Shown here: one piece after another, positions 1-11,420 of the stretch
Layout: each line of letters begins with the position of its first letter
Numbering within the stretch: the first letter of the stretch is position 1
Assembly: GCA_000146045.2 (NCBI GenBank)
Contig: BK006949.2
Location: 192,001-256,000 of the forward strand
Direction: 5' to 3'
Length of the DNA stretch: 64,000 nucleotides
DNA from: TPA_inf: Saccharomyces
Taxonomy: Eukaryota
Position numbers and translations under genes: made by a program
The notes under the pieces: model-generated
Database searches by the model: none
Told to the model about the DNA's origin: nothing
What the model saw: only the letters and a program-made list of their open reading frames with translations

Positions 1-650
1 CCAAATGTTTGCATAGAACACGGCTAGAATGTCATTTGAAAAAAAAGGATAGCAACTCATCTATTGTGACCCATGCTATGAATGACATATTCTTACATAG
101 GGGTAATTCCCCTCATCTCACTAACCTGGACATTTTCATTGATGGGGAATTTTTGACAAGAACGACAGCAGATGGTGTTGCATTGGCCACTCCAACGGGT
201 TCCACAGCATATTCATTATCAGCAGGTGGATCTATTGTTTCCCCATTAGTCCCTGCTATTTTAATGACACCAATTTGTCCTCGCTCTTTGTCATTCCGAC
301 CACTGATTTTGCCTCATTCATCCCACATTAGGATAAAGATAGGTTCCAAATTGAACCAAAAACCAGTCAACAGTGTGGTAAAACTTTCTGTTGATGGTAT
401 TCCTCAACAGGATTTAGATGTTGGTGATGAAATTTATGTTATAAATGAGGTCGGCACTATATACATAGATGGTACTCAGCTTCCGACGACAAGAAAAACT
501 GAAAATGACTTTAATAATTCAAAAAAGCCTAAAAGGTCAGGGATTTATTGTGTCGCCAAGACCGAGAATGACTGGATTAGAGGAATCAATGAACTTTTAG
601 GATTCAATTCTAGCTTTAGGCTGACCAAGAGACAGACTGATAATGATTAA
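1..650 (+). CDS. POS5: NADH kinase, mitochondrial (POS5, YPL188W). Only the C-terminal portion is present; the 5' end lies upstream of the window.
   Basis: The translation contains the NAD-kinase signature DGVALATPTGSTAYSLSAGGSIVSP. The reading frame is open to the window edge. Its position immediately upstream of MF(ALPHA)1 matches the known chrXVI gene order. Confidence 0.85.
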   Translation, partial: KCLHRTRLECHLKKKDSNSSIVTHAMNDIFLHRGNSPHLTNLDIFIDGEFLTRTTADGVALATPTGSTAYSLSAGGSIVSPLVPAILMTPICPRSLSFRPLILPHSSHIRIKIGSKLNQKPVNSVVKLSVDGIPQQDLDVGDEIYVINEVGTIYIDGTQLPTTRKTENDFNNSKKPKRSGIYCVAKTENDWIRGINELLGFNSSFRLTKRQTDND

Positions 651-966
651 ACGCTCTGAATGCAAAGATTCAATGAGATTCTCTAAGAATTCTATTGATA
701 AGATTTAAAGGTATTTGACAAGTAGAGATCTTTATTTTTTCTTGCATTTTGTCTAGAGAAATCTCAACTGACATACTCGACATGAAATTTTTGGTATTGT
801 GTCTTTTATTCTATTGCTTTAAGAAAACTGTGACATATAGGGAAGACATGCTTAACAAGAAGATATAATTATATAATATATATATTATTAATAATAACAT
901 CCTTACTGCAGTCCTGTTGTGGGAGAAAATGGAGAGAGACTATGTTTCGTATCAATTCCTAAAATC

Positions 967-986
967 AAAAAAAAAAAAAAAAAAAA
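967..986. repeat. Uninterrupted poly(dA:dT) tract of about 20 A.
   Basis: Read directly from the sequence (caaaaaaaaaaaaaaaaaaaaag). It lies in the POS5/MF(ALPHA)1 intergenic region. Confidence 0.9.
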
Positions 987-1282
987 GTTAAACAAGCACT
1001 CGCTGTTCATTTGTTTTACAAGTATTCATACTCTAATAGGTCATTGAGCTTCTTTTCTTGAGGAGAGATCCAATTTGAAGTCGGAATAAGATTTGCTTTC
1101 ATTAGCGTAGGCAATAATTATGAGATAAATGGTGCAGCACTATTAAGTAGTGTGGATTTCAATAATTTCCGAATTAGGAATAAATGCGCTAAATAGACAT
1201 CCCGTTCTCTTTGGTAATCTGCATAATTCTGATGCAATATCCAACAACTATTTGTGCAATTATTTAACAAAATCCAATTAAC

Positions 1283-1309
1283 TTTCCTAATTAGTCCTTC
1301 AATAGAACA
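1283..1309. promoter_or_regulatory. Alpha-specific gene UAS (P-prime/Q element, Mcm1 plus alpha1 site), distal copy.
   Basis: TTTCCTAATTAGT followed by CCTTCAATAGAACA. This matches the degenerate Mcm1 half-palindrome CCTAATTAG plus adjacent Q box described for alpha-specific genes. It lies about 340-365 bp upstream of the MF(ALPHA)1 ATG. Confidence 0.6.
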
Positions 1310-1336
1310 TCTGTATTCCTTTTTTTTATGAACACC

Positions 1337-1361
1337 TTCCTAATTAGGCCATCAACGACAG
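1337..1361. promoter_or_regulatory. Alpha-specific gene UAS (P-prime/Q element), proximal copy.
   Basis: TTCCTAATTAGG followed by CCATCAACGACAG, the classical P-prime Q arrangement. It lies about 290-310 bp upstream of the MF(ALPHA)1 ATG. Confidence 0.65.
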
Positions 1362-1519
1362 TAAATTTTGCCGAATTTAATAGCTTCTACTGAAAAACAG
1401 TGGACCATGTGAAAAGATGCATCTCATTTATCAAACACATAATATTCAAGTGAGCCTTACTTCAATTGTATTGAAGTGCAAGAAAACCAAAAAGCAACAA
1501 CAGGTTTTGGATAAGTACA

Positions 1520-1527
1520 TATATAAG
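1520..1527 (+). promoter_or_regulatory. Candidate TATA box of MF(ALPHA)1.
   Basis: TATATAAG about 120 bp upstream of the ATG at 1648. Confidence 0.5.
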
Positions 1528-1647
1528 AGGGCCTTTTGTTCCCATCAAAAATGTTACTGTTCTTACGATTCATTTACGATTCAAGAATAGTTCAAACAAG
1601 AAGATTACAAACTATCAATTTCATACACAATATAAACGATTAAAAGA

Positions 1648-2145
1648 ATGAGATTTCCTTCAATTTTTACTGCAGTTTTATTCGCAGCATCCTCCGCATT
1701 AGCTGCTCCAGTCAACACTACAACAGAAGATGAAACGGCACAAATTCCGGCTGAAGCTGTCATCGGTTACTTAGATTTAGAAGGGGATTTCGATGTTGCT
1801 GTTTTGCCATTTTCCAACAGCACAAATAACGGGTTATTGTTTATAAATACTACTATTGCCAGCATTGCTGCTAAAGAAGAAGGGGTATCTTTGGATAAAA
1901 GAGAGGCTGAAGCTTGGCATTGGTTGCAACTAAAACCTGGCCAACCAATGTACAAGAGAGAAGCCGAAGCTGAAGCTTGGCATTGGCTGCAACTAAAGCC
2001 TGGCCAACCAATGTACAAAAGAGAAGCCGACGCTGAAGCTTGGCATTGGCTGCAACTAAAGCCTGGCCAACCAATGTACAAAAGAGAAGCCGACGCTGAA
2101 GCTTGGCATTGGTTGCAGTTAAAACCCGGCCAACCAATGTACTAA
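1648..2145 (+). CDS. MF(ALPHA)1: Prepro-alpha-factor mating pheromone precursor (YPL187W).
   Basis: The 165-aa ORF has a signal peptide MRFPSIFTAVLFAASSALA and a pro-region with 3 N-glycosylation sites. It carries four copies of the mature alpha-factor WHWLQLKPGQPMY. Each copy is preceded by KR (Kex2 site) and EA/DA dipeptide spacers (Ste13 substrates). Confidence 0.97.
   Translation: MRFPSIFTAVLFAASSALAAPVNTTTEDETAQIPAEAVIGYLDLEGDFDVAVLPFSNSTNNGLLFINTTIASIAAKEEGVSLDKREAEAWHWLQLKPGQPMYKREAEAEAWHWLQLKPGQPMYKREADAEAWHWLQLKPGQPMYKREADAEAWHWLQLKPGQPMY
1897..2142 (+). repeat. Four tandem, near-identical 57-63 bp coding repeats (KR-spacer-alpha-factor units) inside MF(ALPHA)1.
   Basis: Direct DNA repeats are visible (gaagcttggcattggctgcaactaaagcctggccaaccaatgtacaaaagagaagccgacgct occurs twice, identically). 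The protein repeats appear in the translation. Confidence 0.95.
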
Positions 2146-2511
2146 GCCCGACTGATAACAACAGTGTAGATGTAACAAAGTCGACTTTGTTCCCACTGTA
2201 CTTTTAGCTCGTACAAAATACAATATACTTTTCATTTCTCCGTAAACAACATGTTTTCCCATGTAATATCCTTTTCTATTTTTCGTTCCGTTACCAACTT
2301 TACACATACTTTATATAGCTATTCACTTCTATACACTAAAAAACTAAGACAATTTTAATTTTGCTGCCTGCCATATTTCAATTTGTTATAAATTCCTATA
2401 ATTTATCCTATTAGTAGCTAAAAAAAGATGAATGTGAATCGAATCCTAAGAGAATTCAACAGCGTAAAATACAAAGAGGATAACGACAACGAAAAAAAAT
2501 ACACTCCCTGA

Positions 2512-3426
2512 TTATGATGCCTCTGAGCTTGACATTTTCGTTGTCAACCAAGAAAACCATGAGCCAAAAAAGCGTCCTAACGCTCCCAGTAGCTTTTTCA
2601 AAACACTTTCATAATCTTCAGTATTGGCATCGCCTTCTTTTACAATTGACTTAGCGTTTTGATCGGCGGGTTTATCTATTTTCTGTATTTCTTCTTGTTC
2701 GGACATATCCGTATTTTCAGTATCAGAACCGTTGATCTCATGTTCTGATTCTTGCGTGTCGGTGACGTCTGTATCTTCATTAACTCTTGTGTTATCATTA
2801 TCATTACCTTCAGATAGATTGTCTAAACCTTTGTCCTGTTTATTCTCTGTCTGTTCCTGAGAAAAGTTTGGAGAGAGCTCCTTATTCTCTTCTTTTGGAT
2901 CTCTTTCTACTGGAACTTCGTTCAATGGAGCATGTTCATACTTTCTTTCTTTCCTGGTAGTCTCTTTTGCAAAAGCAGAACCATCTTGCGAAATAGCTGT
3001 TTTAGGGGAAGGAAACGTTACATTACCTTTTAAAGAAGGAGTTGGCGTCTCAGGGCCCTCATAGTACAACTCTGACCCATTTTCATTTGTATTGTGTGCA
3101 GTTTTGTCGCCCTCGTCCTTTTCTTCACCAGCGCTTCCGCCGTCCTCTTCGTTATTTAAAGTAGCAACATTGTTTTCATTGCTGTGCTCGTCCACCTCCT
3201 TTGGATACTCATCATCGGCAAACCAGTTACCGTTCTGATCTATAAATTTGAAATGTACCTTATCTTTATCATTATGTTTGGTTACCGAAGATTCATCAAA
3301 TTTGTATTCCCATTTCCCGCTACTGGTATTTATTTTCATGGGTACACCTTCCCAATTGGTAAACTCCCCAGCGATCTTCAACTCTGGAAAGTCTTCCGCC
3401 GGATGATCAAATACAATGGTGACCAT
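2512..3426 (-). CDS. UIP4: Ulp1-interacting protein 4 (YPL186C), an acidic, low-complexity protein.
   Basis: The 304-aa ORF starts with ATG (cat at 3424-3426 on the plus strand). The call rests on position and gene order, plus recall of the protein length. There is no catalytic motif to anchor on. Confidence 0.75.
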   Translation of the reverse strand: MVTIVFDHPAEDFPELKIAGEFTNWEGVPMKINTSSGKWEYKFDESSVTKHNDKDKVHFKFIDQNGNWFADDEYPKEVDEHSNENNVATLNNEEDGGSAGEEKDEGDKTAHNTNENGSELYYEGPETPTPSLKGNVTFPSPKTAISQDGSAFAKETTRKERKYEHAPLNEVPVERDPKEENKELSPNFSQEQTENKQDKGLDNLSEGNDNDNTRVNEDTDVTDTQESEHEINGSDTENTDMSEQEEIQKIDKPADQNAKSIVKEGDANTEDYESVLKKLLGALGRFFGSWFSWLTTKMSSSEAS

Positions 3427-3949
3427 TATTTAGTTGCTTTGCCTATCTTAATGTTACAACCAAGTATGTATGTATGTACGTACGTATGCAAAGAAGTGGA
3501 TATAGAGAAGGAAAGTAGGGGAGAGAGGGAAAGAACAAAAAAATTGAAGTTATTTGAGATAGTCTTGTATTATTTATCTGTATGTACACCGTATTGGTGG
3601 AACATCACTGCCAAATTTTTTATCCCATTTTCACATAGTTCCCCTTAAAAGAAACTTTGTTAGTATCTTTAACCCTTTACACTGTGGGGGTAAAATATTA
3701 CCGCTTCGGAGATTTCTTTGACAGGGGAGCAGGGAAAAAGCGATGAGTGAAAGAAAGGGAATGCGATGATAAAGATGATAATGTTGCAAACGGTGAGAAA
3801 CTTGCAGATCGCAGTGGCTAATTCTTAATCTTTATATTTTAACAAGACTTCTAAACGTAAACCGCAGATTGCTGCATACATACAAGGATACACACACACA
3901 GACGGACACTAAACATCTACGTACATACATATACATATATACATAATGT

Positions 3950-5788
3950 TTAACGTGATTGGTGGGGGACGTTACCACATCTATCCTTGCCAAAGTTTAT
4001 TTTGAGATCTTTGAAATAGGGGTTAGACTTAATCTTGTCTAAGGCTAAAATAGCATTACTGATGTTAGTATAATTGATGAAACAACAGTTCTTCTCAGGC
4101 AAGAAATTGATTTGTTCCACTTCCCCATATTGCTGAAAGATATGTCTTAAGTTGCTTTCGGTGAAGACACGTTCATCTCTTAGGGAATCGCCGACAAAAT
4201 CAATATTACCCACATAAACATTTCTTGAGGCACCATTACTGACTGCCAAGGCGAGCGCATTTGGTAATGGGCCGGAGTGTTTACCCCAGCCGACTTTGCA
4301 ACGTTTTTTCTGGACTGTGAATCCATACAAAGAACTCATTGCATAAAACTGCGCAGCAGCAGTAGGATCAATGAATGTTACAAAACAGACGTATCGATCG
4401 TTCAATAGTTTTATACTTTGTAATAAACCTCCACGAACTGCATTACATATTTCTTCAATTTTAACATCCTTAGGCAAGCTGCCCAGGTAAACAGTCCTGT
4501 TACCCAAGTTATTGGGGCCGCCCGCAGATGTAGCAATTGCAGCAGCAGCAGCAGACTGTTGTAACAAAGCGTTAGATATAAATTCACGATCAGAAAACTC
4601 TATCATATGTTCCATACCAGGTTGTACACCTAGAAATTGAGCCGCATTATGTTGTTGAGTTTTGGTAATAAATGCACATCTGTCCTTTCCATAAAATATT
4701 CTCTTATTTTGATAGTATGGATTTCTAATTGGCAGATTCGTAACCACTTTTATAGCATTTAAAATAGACGCAAAATGAATAAAGGCGATTCCCTTTTCCT
4801 TGATAATTTTTATACAGTCAATTTCACCATATTCTTCTAAATCAACCCTCAATTGCTCCTCAGATAAATGTGATTCTTCGCCTTCAATCGTCATACGGCC
4901 AATGTATACATTTCTTGTGGCACCGTCCGTAGAGATTCTAGCCGCTACAATAGGATCAATTCGAGTTGGTTTCCCCCACCCGATTTTGATATCCCTGTCA
5001 CCGATGTTCAAGCGCTTTAAAATTGCGTCTGAATGGAACAATAGTGCAGCACTTTCATCTATAAACGAAACGAATGCACACATCTTTTCAGGTATGATTT
5101 TGACGTCTTCAACGACACCACTTCTGACATGATCCAATAACTCTTTAACGCTTAGGTTTGGTGGCACATTACCCAAATAAACAGTTCTACTTGGGGCCGA
5201 TGTAAAATTCAAAGGATTATTGGCTTGTGCATTAACTGGTAAAGGCGCATTTGCGTTGGTTACTGCAGTTGCAGTTGCCATAATAGTGGGTGACATGCCA
5301 TCAGATAACACATTTGGATTCTCATCATCAAAAGGAGAGACTTCATTTGATGACCTTTCATATTCATAATAACGATTGTTATTGTGGACAACTTCGTTAT
5401 CAATTTCGAAATTTTGTTCCTGTGAAAACCGTTGCTGTTGTGAATCATTTCGCTGCTTTGTCTGGAATTGAGTTGGTTGCTGTTGAATACGCTGATAATC
5501 AAAAATTCCGTCATTCTCGTAAAAGAACGAATCATTAGGCTCTCGTGTAAAGTCGGATGGTAAAAGAGTAAAATTACCATTCATAGGATACACAGCATCG
5601 CCAAAGTTTTGAGGGCCACTCGCATAAGTTTCTTGGTAAGGGCCGGAAGAACTGGACTGTTGATACATTGCAAAGTCATCGGAAGAAGGAAAAGGAGGGA
5701 ACATGTTATTATTGTTATTATTATTACTGATATTATTATTGTTATTGTTATTGTTATTGTTATTATTATTGTTATAAGAAACCACCAT
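3950..5788 (-). CDS. MRN1: RNA-binding protein MRN1 (YPL184C), with RRM domains and a poly-Asn N-terminus.
   Basis: The 612-aa ORF starts MVVSYNNNNNNNNNNNNNNNISNNNNNNN, followed by Q/N/S-rich sequence. It has several RRM-like segments (VYLGNVPPNLSVKELLDHV, VYIGR, VYLGSLPKDV, VYVGNI). The length matches my recall of MRN1. Confidence 0.9.
   Translation of the reverse strand: MVVSYNNNNNNNNNNNNNNISNNNNNNNMFPPFPSSDDFAMYQQSSSSGPYQETYASGPQNFGDAVYPMNGNFTLLPSDFTREPNDSFFYENDGIFDYQRIQQQPTQFQTKQRNDSQQQRFSQEQNFEIDNEVVHNNNRYYEYERSSNEVSPFDDENPNVLSDGMSPTIMATATAVTNANAPLPVNAQANNPLNFTSAPSRTVYLGNVPPNLSVKELLDHVRSGVVEDVKIIPEKMCAFVSFIDESAALLFHSDAILKRLNIGDRDIKIGWGKPTRIDPIVAARISTDGATRNVYIGRMTIEGEESHLSEEQLRVDLEEYGEIDCIKIIKEKGIAFIHFASILNAIKVVTNLPIRNPYYQNKRIFYGKDRCAFITKTQQHNAAQFLGVQPGMEHMIEFSDREFISNALLQQSAAAAAIATSAGGPNNLGNRTVYLGSLPKDVKIEEICNAVRGGLLQSIKLLNDRYVCFVTFIDPTAAAQFYAMSSLYGFTVQKKRCKVGWGKHSGPLPNALALAVSNGASRNVYVGNIDFVGDSLRDERVFTESNLRHIFQQYGEVEQINFLPEKNCCFINYTNISNAILALDKIKSNPYFKDLKINFGKDRCGNVPHQSR
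5705..5776 (-). repeat. Imperfect (AAT/AAC)n trinucleotide repeat encoding the 18+7 Asn tract of MRN1.
   Basis: On the plus strand it reads as (ATT/GTT)n: attattgttattattattactgatattattattgttattgttattgttattgttattattattgtt. Confidence 0.85.
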
Positions 5789-6974
5789 GTTTTAATGCAA
5801 TTGAAGTAGTATGTGATGGTGAAGAAAAAAAAAAATACAACGATAGTTCTTTGTTTTTCTTTAGGAAATATCTGAATAGAAAAGGCTTCAACGACCAGAA
5901 TTGAAAAAATAAAATAGTATTAGCAAAGAAAAATATGATATTTTTTTTCAAAAAAAAAAAGAGTGTCCTTGAGAATTGAAGTTGGAAACGGATATTAATT
6001 AGACAAAAAAAATGATGAAGAAAGATAAAGTGAAAAATATGAGGCTGGAATGGACAGTTGAACCAATTAAGGAGCCTAATTGGTAAAGCAGAACAGGTGA
6101 GTCAGAAGACTTAAAAAGGGGCAAATATCAAATAACGGAAGAACGAAGAAAATAGAAGAATACAATGTTCAAAAGAAATGAAGCGTATGTGTATCTAAAG
6201 GAAAGGTACAGAGACTATCAGTTCTAGAAATTGTAAATTGGTAAAATAAACAGAGAAAGGAAGCTTAAGGAGAGAATTCAGTGGGGAATGTGACTCTGTG
6301 AAAATAATGTATAAGAGTGGGCAACGGTGTTCTCGTAGATATAGCGCTGTGCTGAACCAAGTTTAGTTTTTTTTACTTTCCACCAAAGGCAAAGAAACTG
6401 ATTAATTTATTGCTGTGACGAAGGGATGGAGTATGATTGCGGTTGTGACTGAATCTCTTTGTAGACTTTCGGACAACCACAAGATCCACTTTCTGGTAAA
6501 GTTAATTTCAAGATCGTGTTTTTTTCTGTCTTTTCTTTCTCTTCTCATAGCCAAAATCGTACCACAAGGAAAAAAAGCACCGGGTTACCATGATGGTGGA
6601 ATCCCACTGTAAGAACATAAGAATGATAAGTACGCAACTGCCACGGCAGTTGGAAGAAAGACATAGTCTGCCCTCATTCGGCGTGTATTATTGGACGTCA
6701 AGTTACCTTTTCCAAGTGTTTCCCTTTTTTGTCTTTTGAATTTGTCAATAGGGAGTGAAAGGTCCATAGTTCAAGGGCATTCCAAAAGTGAGGATAAAAA
6801 AAGCGTAGTCATAAACACTTCAACGGTGTTGCCGAGAATGACGACGGTCCGGTAGAAGGTGGTGCTTTTATCTATGTATTAGTTATTTACTATCTGCGTA
6901 ACGAAACTATGATTTTTTTTTTCTCTCACCCAAGCCGAAATTAAAAATTCTGTCTTCGCACTTATTCCAAATAG

Positions 6975-7376
<402 letters not shown>

Positions 7377-7494
7377 AAGATGTAAATCTCTTCGCTGTTC
7401 TCCGTTCGGGTGTTTACAAAATATTCTCATTTTCTAAAATCTGTAAATAATACATATCTATAATATTCTTTTATGTATATGTTAATTTTTTGTA

Positions 7495-10400
7495 TCATTT
7501 TTTCCAAATTGATAAACCAACACCTCCGATCAGTAACGTTTTCTCAGAATCAGCATCTTCATCATTGGAAATGATTTCTAATGATCCTGTATCCGCCACA
7601 GTGGTACGCTTTTTATCTACCAGTGAAAGCTTGCCTGCGGTAATTTCCCAAGCGCGTATTACTTGATCAACCGATGTGGTAATGACTTCTTTGCCACCAT
7701 TAATCAACATACCGGACGTTATTGTCGAAGAAGCTGCTGCAGCGATAAAGTCACTTGTTTTTAACGTTACTTTATTCGAGTCATCTAATTTCAGGTTGCT
7801 TAACCCTAAACCATTATCATCACCCCCTGTCAAAATTGTGGCGGAAGTTCTTGTAGCATTAGCAACATAGTCTAGGGACTTGACACCAGATTGATGTACC
7901 GGCAACTGCGCTACAGGTGCGGGAAGATTTGAGATAGTAGCGTCCAGTTTGTGGTCAACCAAATCGCCAGAAATCGGATCAACGGAAAATGGTACGTACT
8001 CGGTTATATTATAAACCACTAAATGTCCATCAGTTGGTGAAATGACAACAAGGAGCTCTTCTTTCAGTGCAATAAATACGACGTTGAATAAACAGCACGT
8101 CTTATAACGACCTTGCATGATCAGGTCAAACTTATTCTGATTTTCCCTATAGTGCCAAATCTTTATTGTTGAATCTGAATAAACAGTAACTAATAAGAAG
8201 TCACCTGACTGTGATATAAATTTGACATCAAAATCCATGATCCTTAGATCAGAATTATTTGTGGATACAGGTAAAGCTTGTCGTATGGTCATATATGGTC
8301 GTTTATTATACTTATCGTTCAATTCCCATAAGAATAACTCCTCTCTAGCTGAAGATGATATCATTAGTTTGTGATTTATAAACTGACAACGTTGTAATCC
8401 AGACACATGCTTTCTTTGTGTCCAAAAATTCTGCACCTTCCCTGTTCTATTGTTAAAATATCCCAGCTTAATTGTAGTATCTTCAGATGCAGTACAGAAT
8501 ATATGCCCATCCTTAAAATTGTCATTCGTGTTGGTATTTGAAACAGGACAGATTGAAATATCTCTGATTTCCCTTCCGTGTACACCATTTTCTAAAGTTT
8601 CAGGCACAATGGAGTTGTAAATTTTCCTTAAATGAAATCGGGATGCCTTAATATACATTAATACGTGGCCATCAGTAATTTTTGCGAGATTCCACAGACG
8701 ATGGGAACCACCACAAACTTCACTAGCTAGTTCATAACAGTTGGTTTCATTGTAGAGATAAAACAAGCTGGACTTGAACCCATAAGTAATGTATTCACCT
8801 TTTGAATTAAAGAAAGCGCCCTCCAAGAAACCTTTCATCATCTTATTAGAATGCAAGACCTTATAACTTAGTCGGTAGGGACCCTCTTCCAAACTGTTTT
8901 TCGTCAACTCAATAAATACATAATAGCCATCCCTATTTGTTACTGAGAAGACCGCAGAGTTGTCTTTATCTTCTACAAATTCGATTGAGGTTGTAGTGTC
9001 TCCGGGACTTAATCTCCTAATTATGAAGGGCTCCTCGCTCTCATCAAGTAAGTTGTAGATTACTAATGTACTAAAACGTGAGCCGACTAAAATATGATTT
9101 CGGAAGGAGGTCAAACATGAGGAAGAAAAATTTTCCGGCTTATTGAAACAGTGCTTGCTTTTAATTTTTAAGTTCTGAAGGCTTATTTCCAAACATACAA
9201 ACTTCTCTCGAGGATTTGGGGATTGTAAAGTCAATAGGAAGGAGTCATCATCGTATTCTGTAACGAGACAGTTATTTGTCTTAGAAAGCTCATCTAAATG
9301 GAATTCTTCGGTCTCAATTATGTCAGCGCTATCTTTGCTAAATTTGATAAGAAGGATGTCACTTTTATTATTGGAAAAGACAGCGATATTTTGCGTTTGA
9401 ATCCCATTTGTAATTGGATACGAGTTGAATTTTTCATTTGTTAGTAACAACTTCCATTGTTTCGTGACATCACTGTATTTAAGTATTTTACCCAATGAAG
9501 TGATAGCAATTACACCGAATGAAAACCATTGAAATCCCTTGATACTTTCATTCTTTTCGAAAATATCGCCACATTGCTTTGCGATATCATCTAGACTGAA
9601 CGATGTTTCTTCATCGCCGTGTCTCTTCAGTTGAAGAAGATCAATCAGCTTTAACCTACCATCATTCCCGGAGGTTACAGCTATCATTTCGTCGTCTTTC
9701 ACATCAACGCCCCATATACTCTTGATTAAATGTACTTCGTAAACGTTAGATATGGATAATTCGGCAACGTTTTCTCGTGATTCGATAATGTTCCATACAC
9801 GGCATGTGCAATCTTCAGAAACACTTATTAGTTTTGAATCATTATCAAAAAACATTAAATTCCATATTCTTGCCGTATGGCTCCAGCCAACAGACAGCTG
9901 CTTGCCAGTTTCTAAATCCCACAGTCTAATTGATCTGTCGTCAGAGCAACTGGCAACATATCTTCCGTTGTTGCTTAAATTAACATAAAAGATAGAACCT
10001 TCATGACCCAGTAAGTTATGAATTTTTGTCTCCGAGAACAGGTCCCAAATGATAACACCGCCCATTACAGTACCAGCGTTAACATATACTTTATCCGGAC
10101 CGAAAACTTTAATTATACCGGAATATAGAATAGATCTTTCTCCCCCAAGAGACTTCCTAAAAAGAACTTCACAATTTAAATCACAAATTAGCACTTTATT
10201 ATAACATGTTAACAAATATATTTGCAAGTTGTCAAAGCTGAATGTAGCACCGGTAATCCAATCTGAGTTAATCCTTTCGAAATCCACCAATGACTCTTTC
10301 TTTAAAACGTCTTCAAGTTCCACTATTGTTACTGATCTTGCACCATAGGCCAAAATTTTCCCTTCACTAGAAAGGCTAAGTCCATGAACTTTATTGTAGT

Positions 10401-10536
10401 GAAATAGCCTACATTTGTTAATCAACGTAGCCGAATGATAGTCATAGACATGGATGAAAGGCCCATAACCAGCTAGAACATAATCATTGTAAAATTTAAC
10501 ACATAGCGCAGGACCATAATGAGACAAGTCCTTCAT
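7495..10536 (-). CDS. RTT10: WD40-repeat protein RTT10/TRM734 (YPL183C), a cofactor of the tRNA methyltransferase Trm7.
   Basis: WD40 repeats are present throughout (for example HEGSIFYV...[12 protein letters not shown]). The track ORF starts at a GTG at 10545. The first in-frame ATG is at 10534-10536, giving the recalled 1013 aa ([11 protein letters not shown]...). Confidence 0.85.
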
Positions 10537-11420
10537 TTTAATCACTTATTCTTCTTCAATGAGCAACTTCAATTGGCGGGAATGAGAAGCTAAATAACGA
10601 TGAGGTCCGCTAGCAGAAGTTTTTTCATGCTCATATTTTTCCACTTTTTTTTTCTTACATTTTTTTTTTCAGCAGCGTCGTTTTTTGTGAGACGCCGATG
10701 TGTATGCTAGGCTTAAATCTATCATTCAGACCCCAGTGTAAAACATAAGCGGTGAAAAGTACGTAGGGTAGTATACAACTCACCAAAGCACGACTACGTG
10801 AAAATGACCCTGAGAGTATCATCAATGTTATCGGCTGTATAAATAATACACCAGAACAAATTCCTCTTAAAGATGTAGGCAAGACCAGACTCAGTTTCTC
10901 TGAGCAGTACCTTCAATTTTCAATTTTTGATAGATGTTCGTCACTAATATTTTTTTATTGAGTTAAGTTCACCCACTTCTGGCACTTCTTATAACCTTGA
11001 TAATTAAAAAGACCTCGGCGGTTATTTTTTATTTTGAGCAGTTATAAAGGGCATTACCCTCATCATCTTGCGGAAATAGGACGGAGCACGTCGCAGACAG
11101 GCTTTAACGTAATCAATTAGTTTTGAAAAATTTCTCCGCTATGGGTAAACTAGGTAAACCGCACAGCACAATCAGCTGCATTTTCTATTTTCAATTTTCT
11201 ATTGGTGGCTTTTCACTGCATGATCAAAAAATAACGTTTTGTTGATTAGTTTTTTCTTTTTTGTTCTTGTTGGTTTTCGTATATGAATTTTATGTAACTG
11301 GGTATTTACAGGGGTACAAAGTTCACAACAGAGACCATCAATAGTTTGTTTCCTTCGAAGTTTACTTTGCGTAACCTTACTAAAAGATAGCATAAACATA
11401 TAGGAGTATAGAGAAGAGTA

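Noticed and set aside
1767-2161. Two overlapping minus-strand ORFs (104 aa and 96 aa) antisense to the MF(ALPHA)1 repeat region.
   Set aside because: They are themselves internally repetitive, which is an artefact of the tandem coding repeat keeping the antisense frames open. They lie wholly within a well-supported gene.
3184-3648. A 154-aa plus-strand ORF overlapping the 5' end of UIP4 on the opposite strand (corresponds to a dubious ORF).
   Set aside because: It is hydrophobic and low-complexity, and wholly antisense to a real CDS and its promoter. There are no motifs.
3427-3949. A PAC-like motif GCGATGAG (about 3738-3745), plus (TGTA) and (CA)n simple repeats in the UIP4/MRN1 interval.
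   Set aside because: A single PAC match without an accompanying RRPE motif, upstream of a gene that is not a ribosome-biogenesis gene, is most likely chance. The simple repeats are short.
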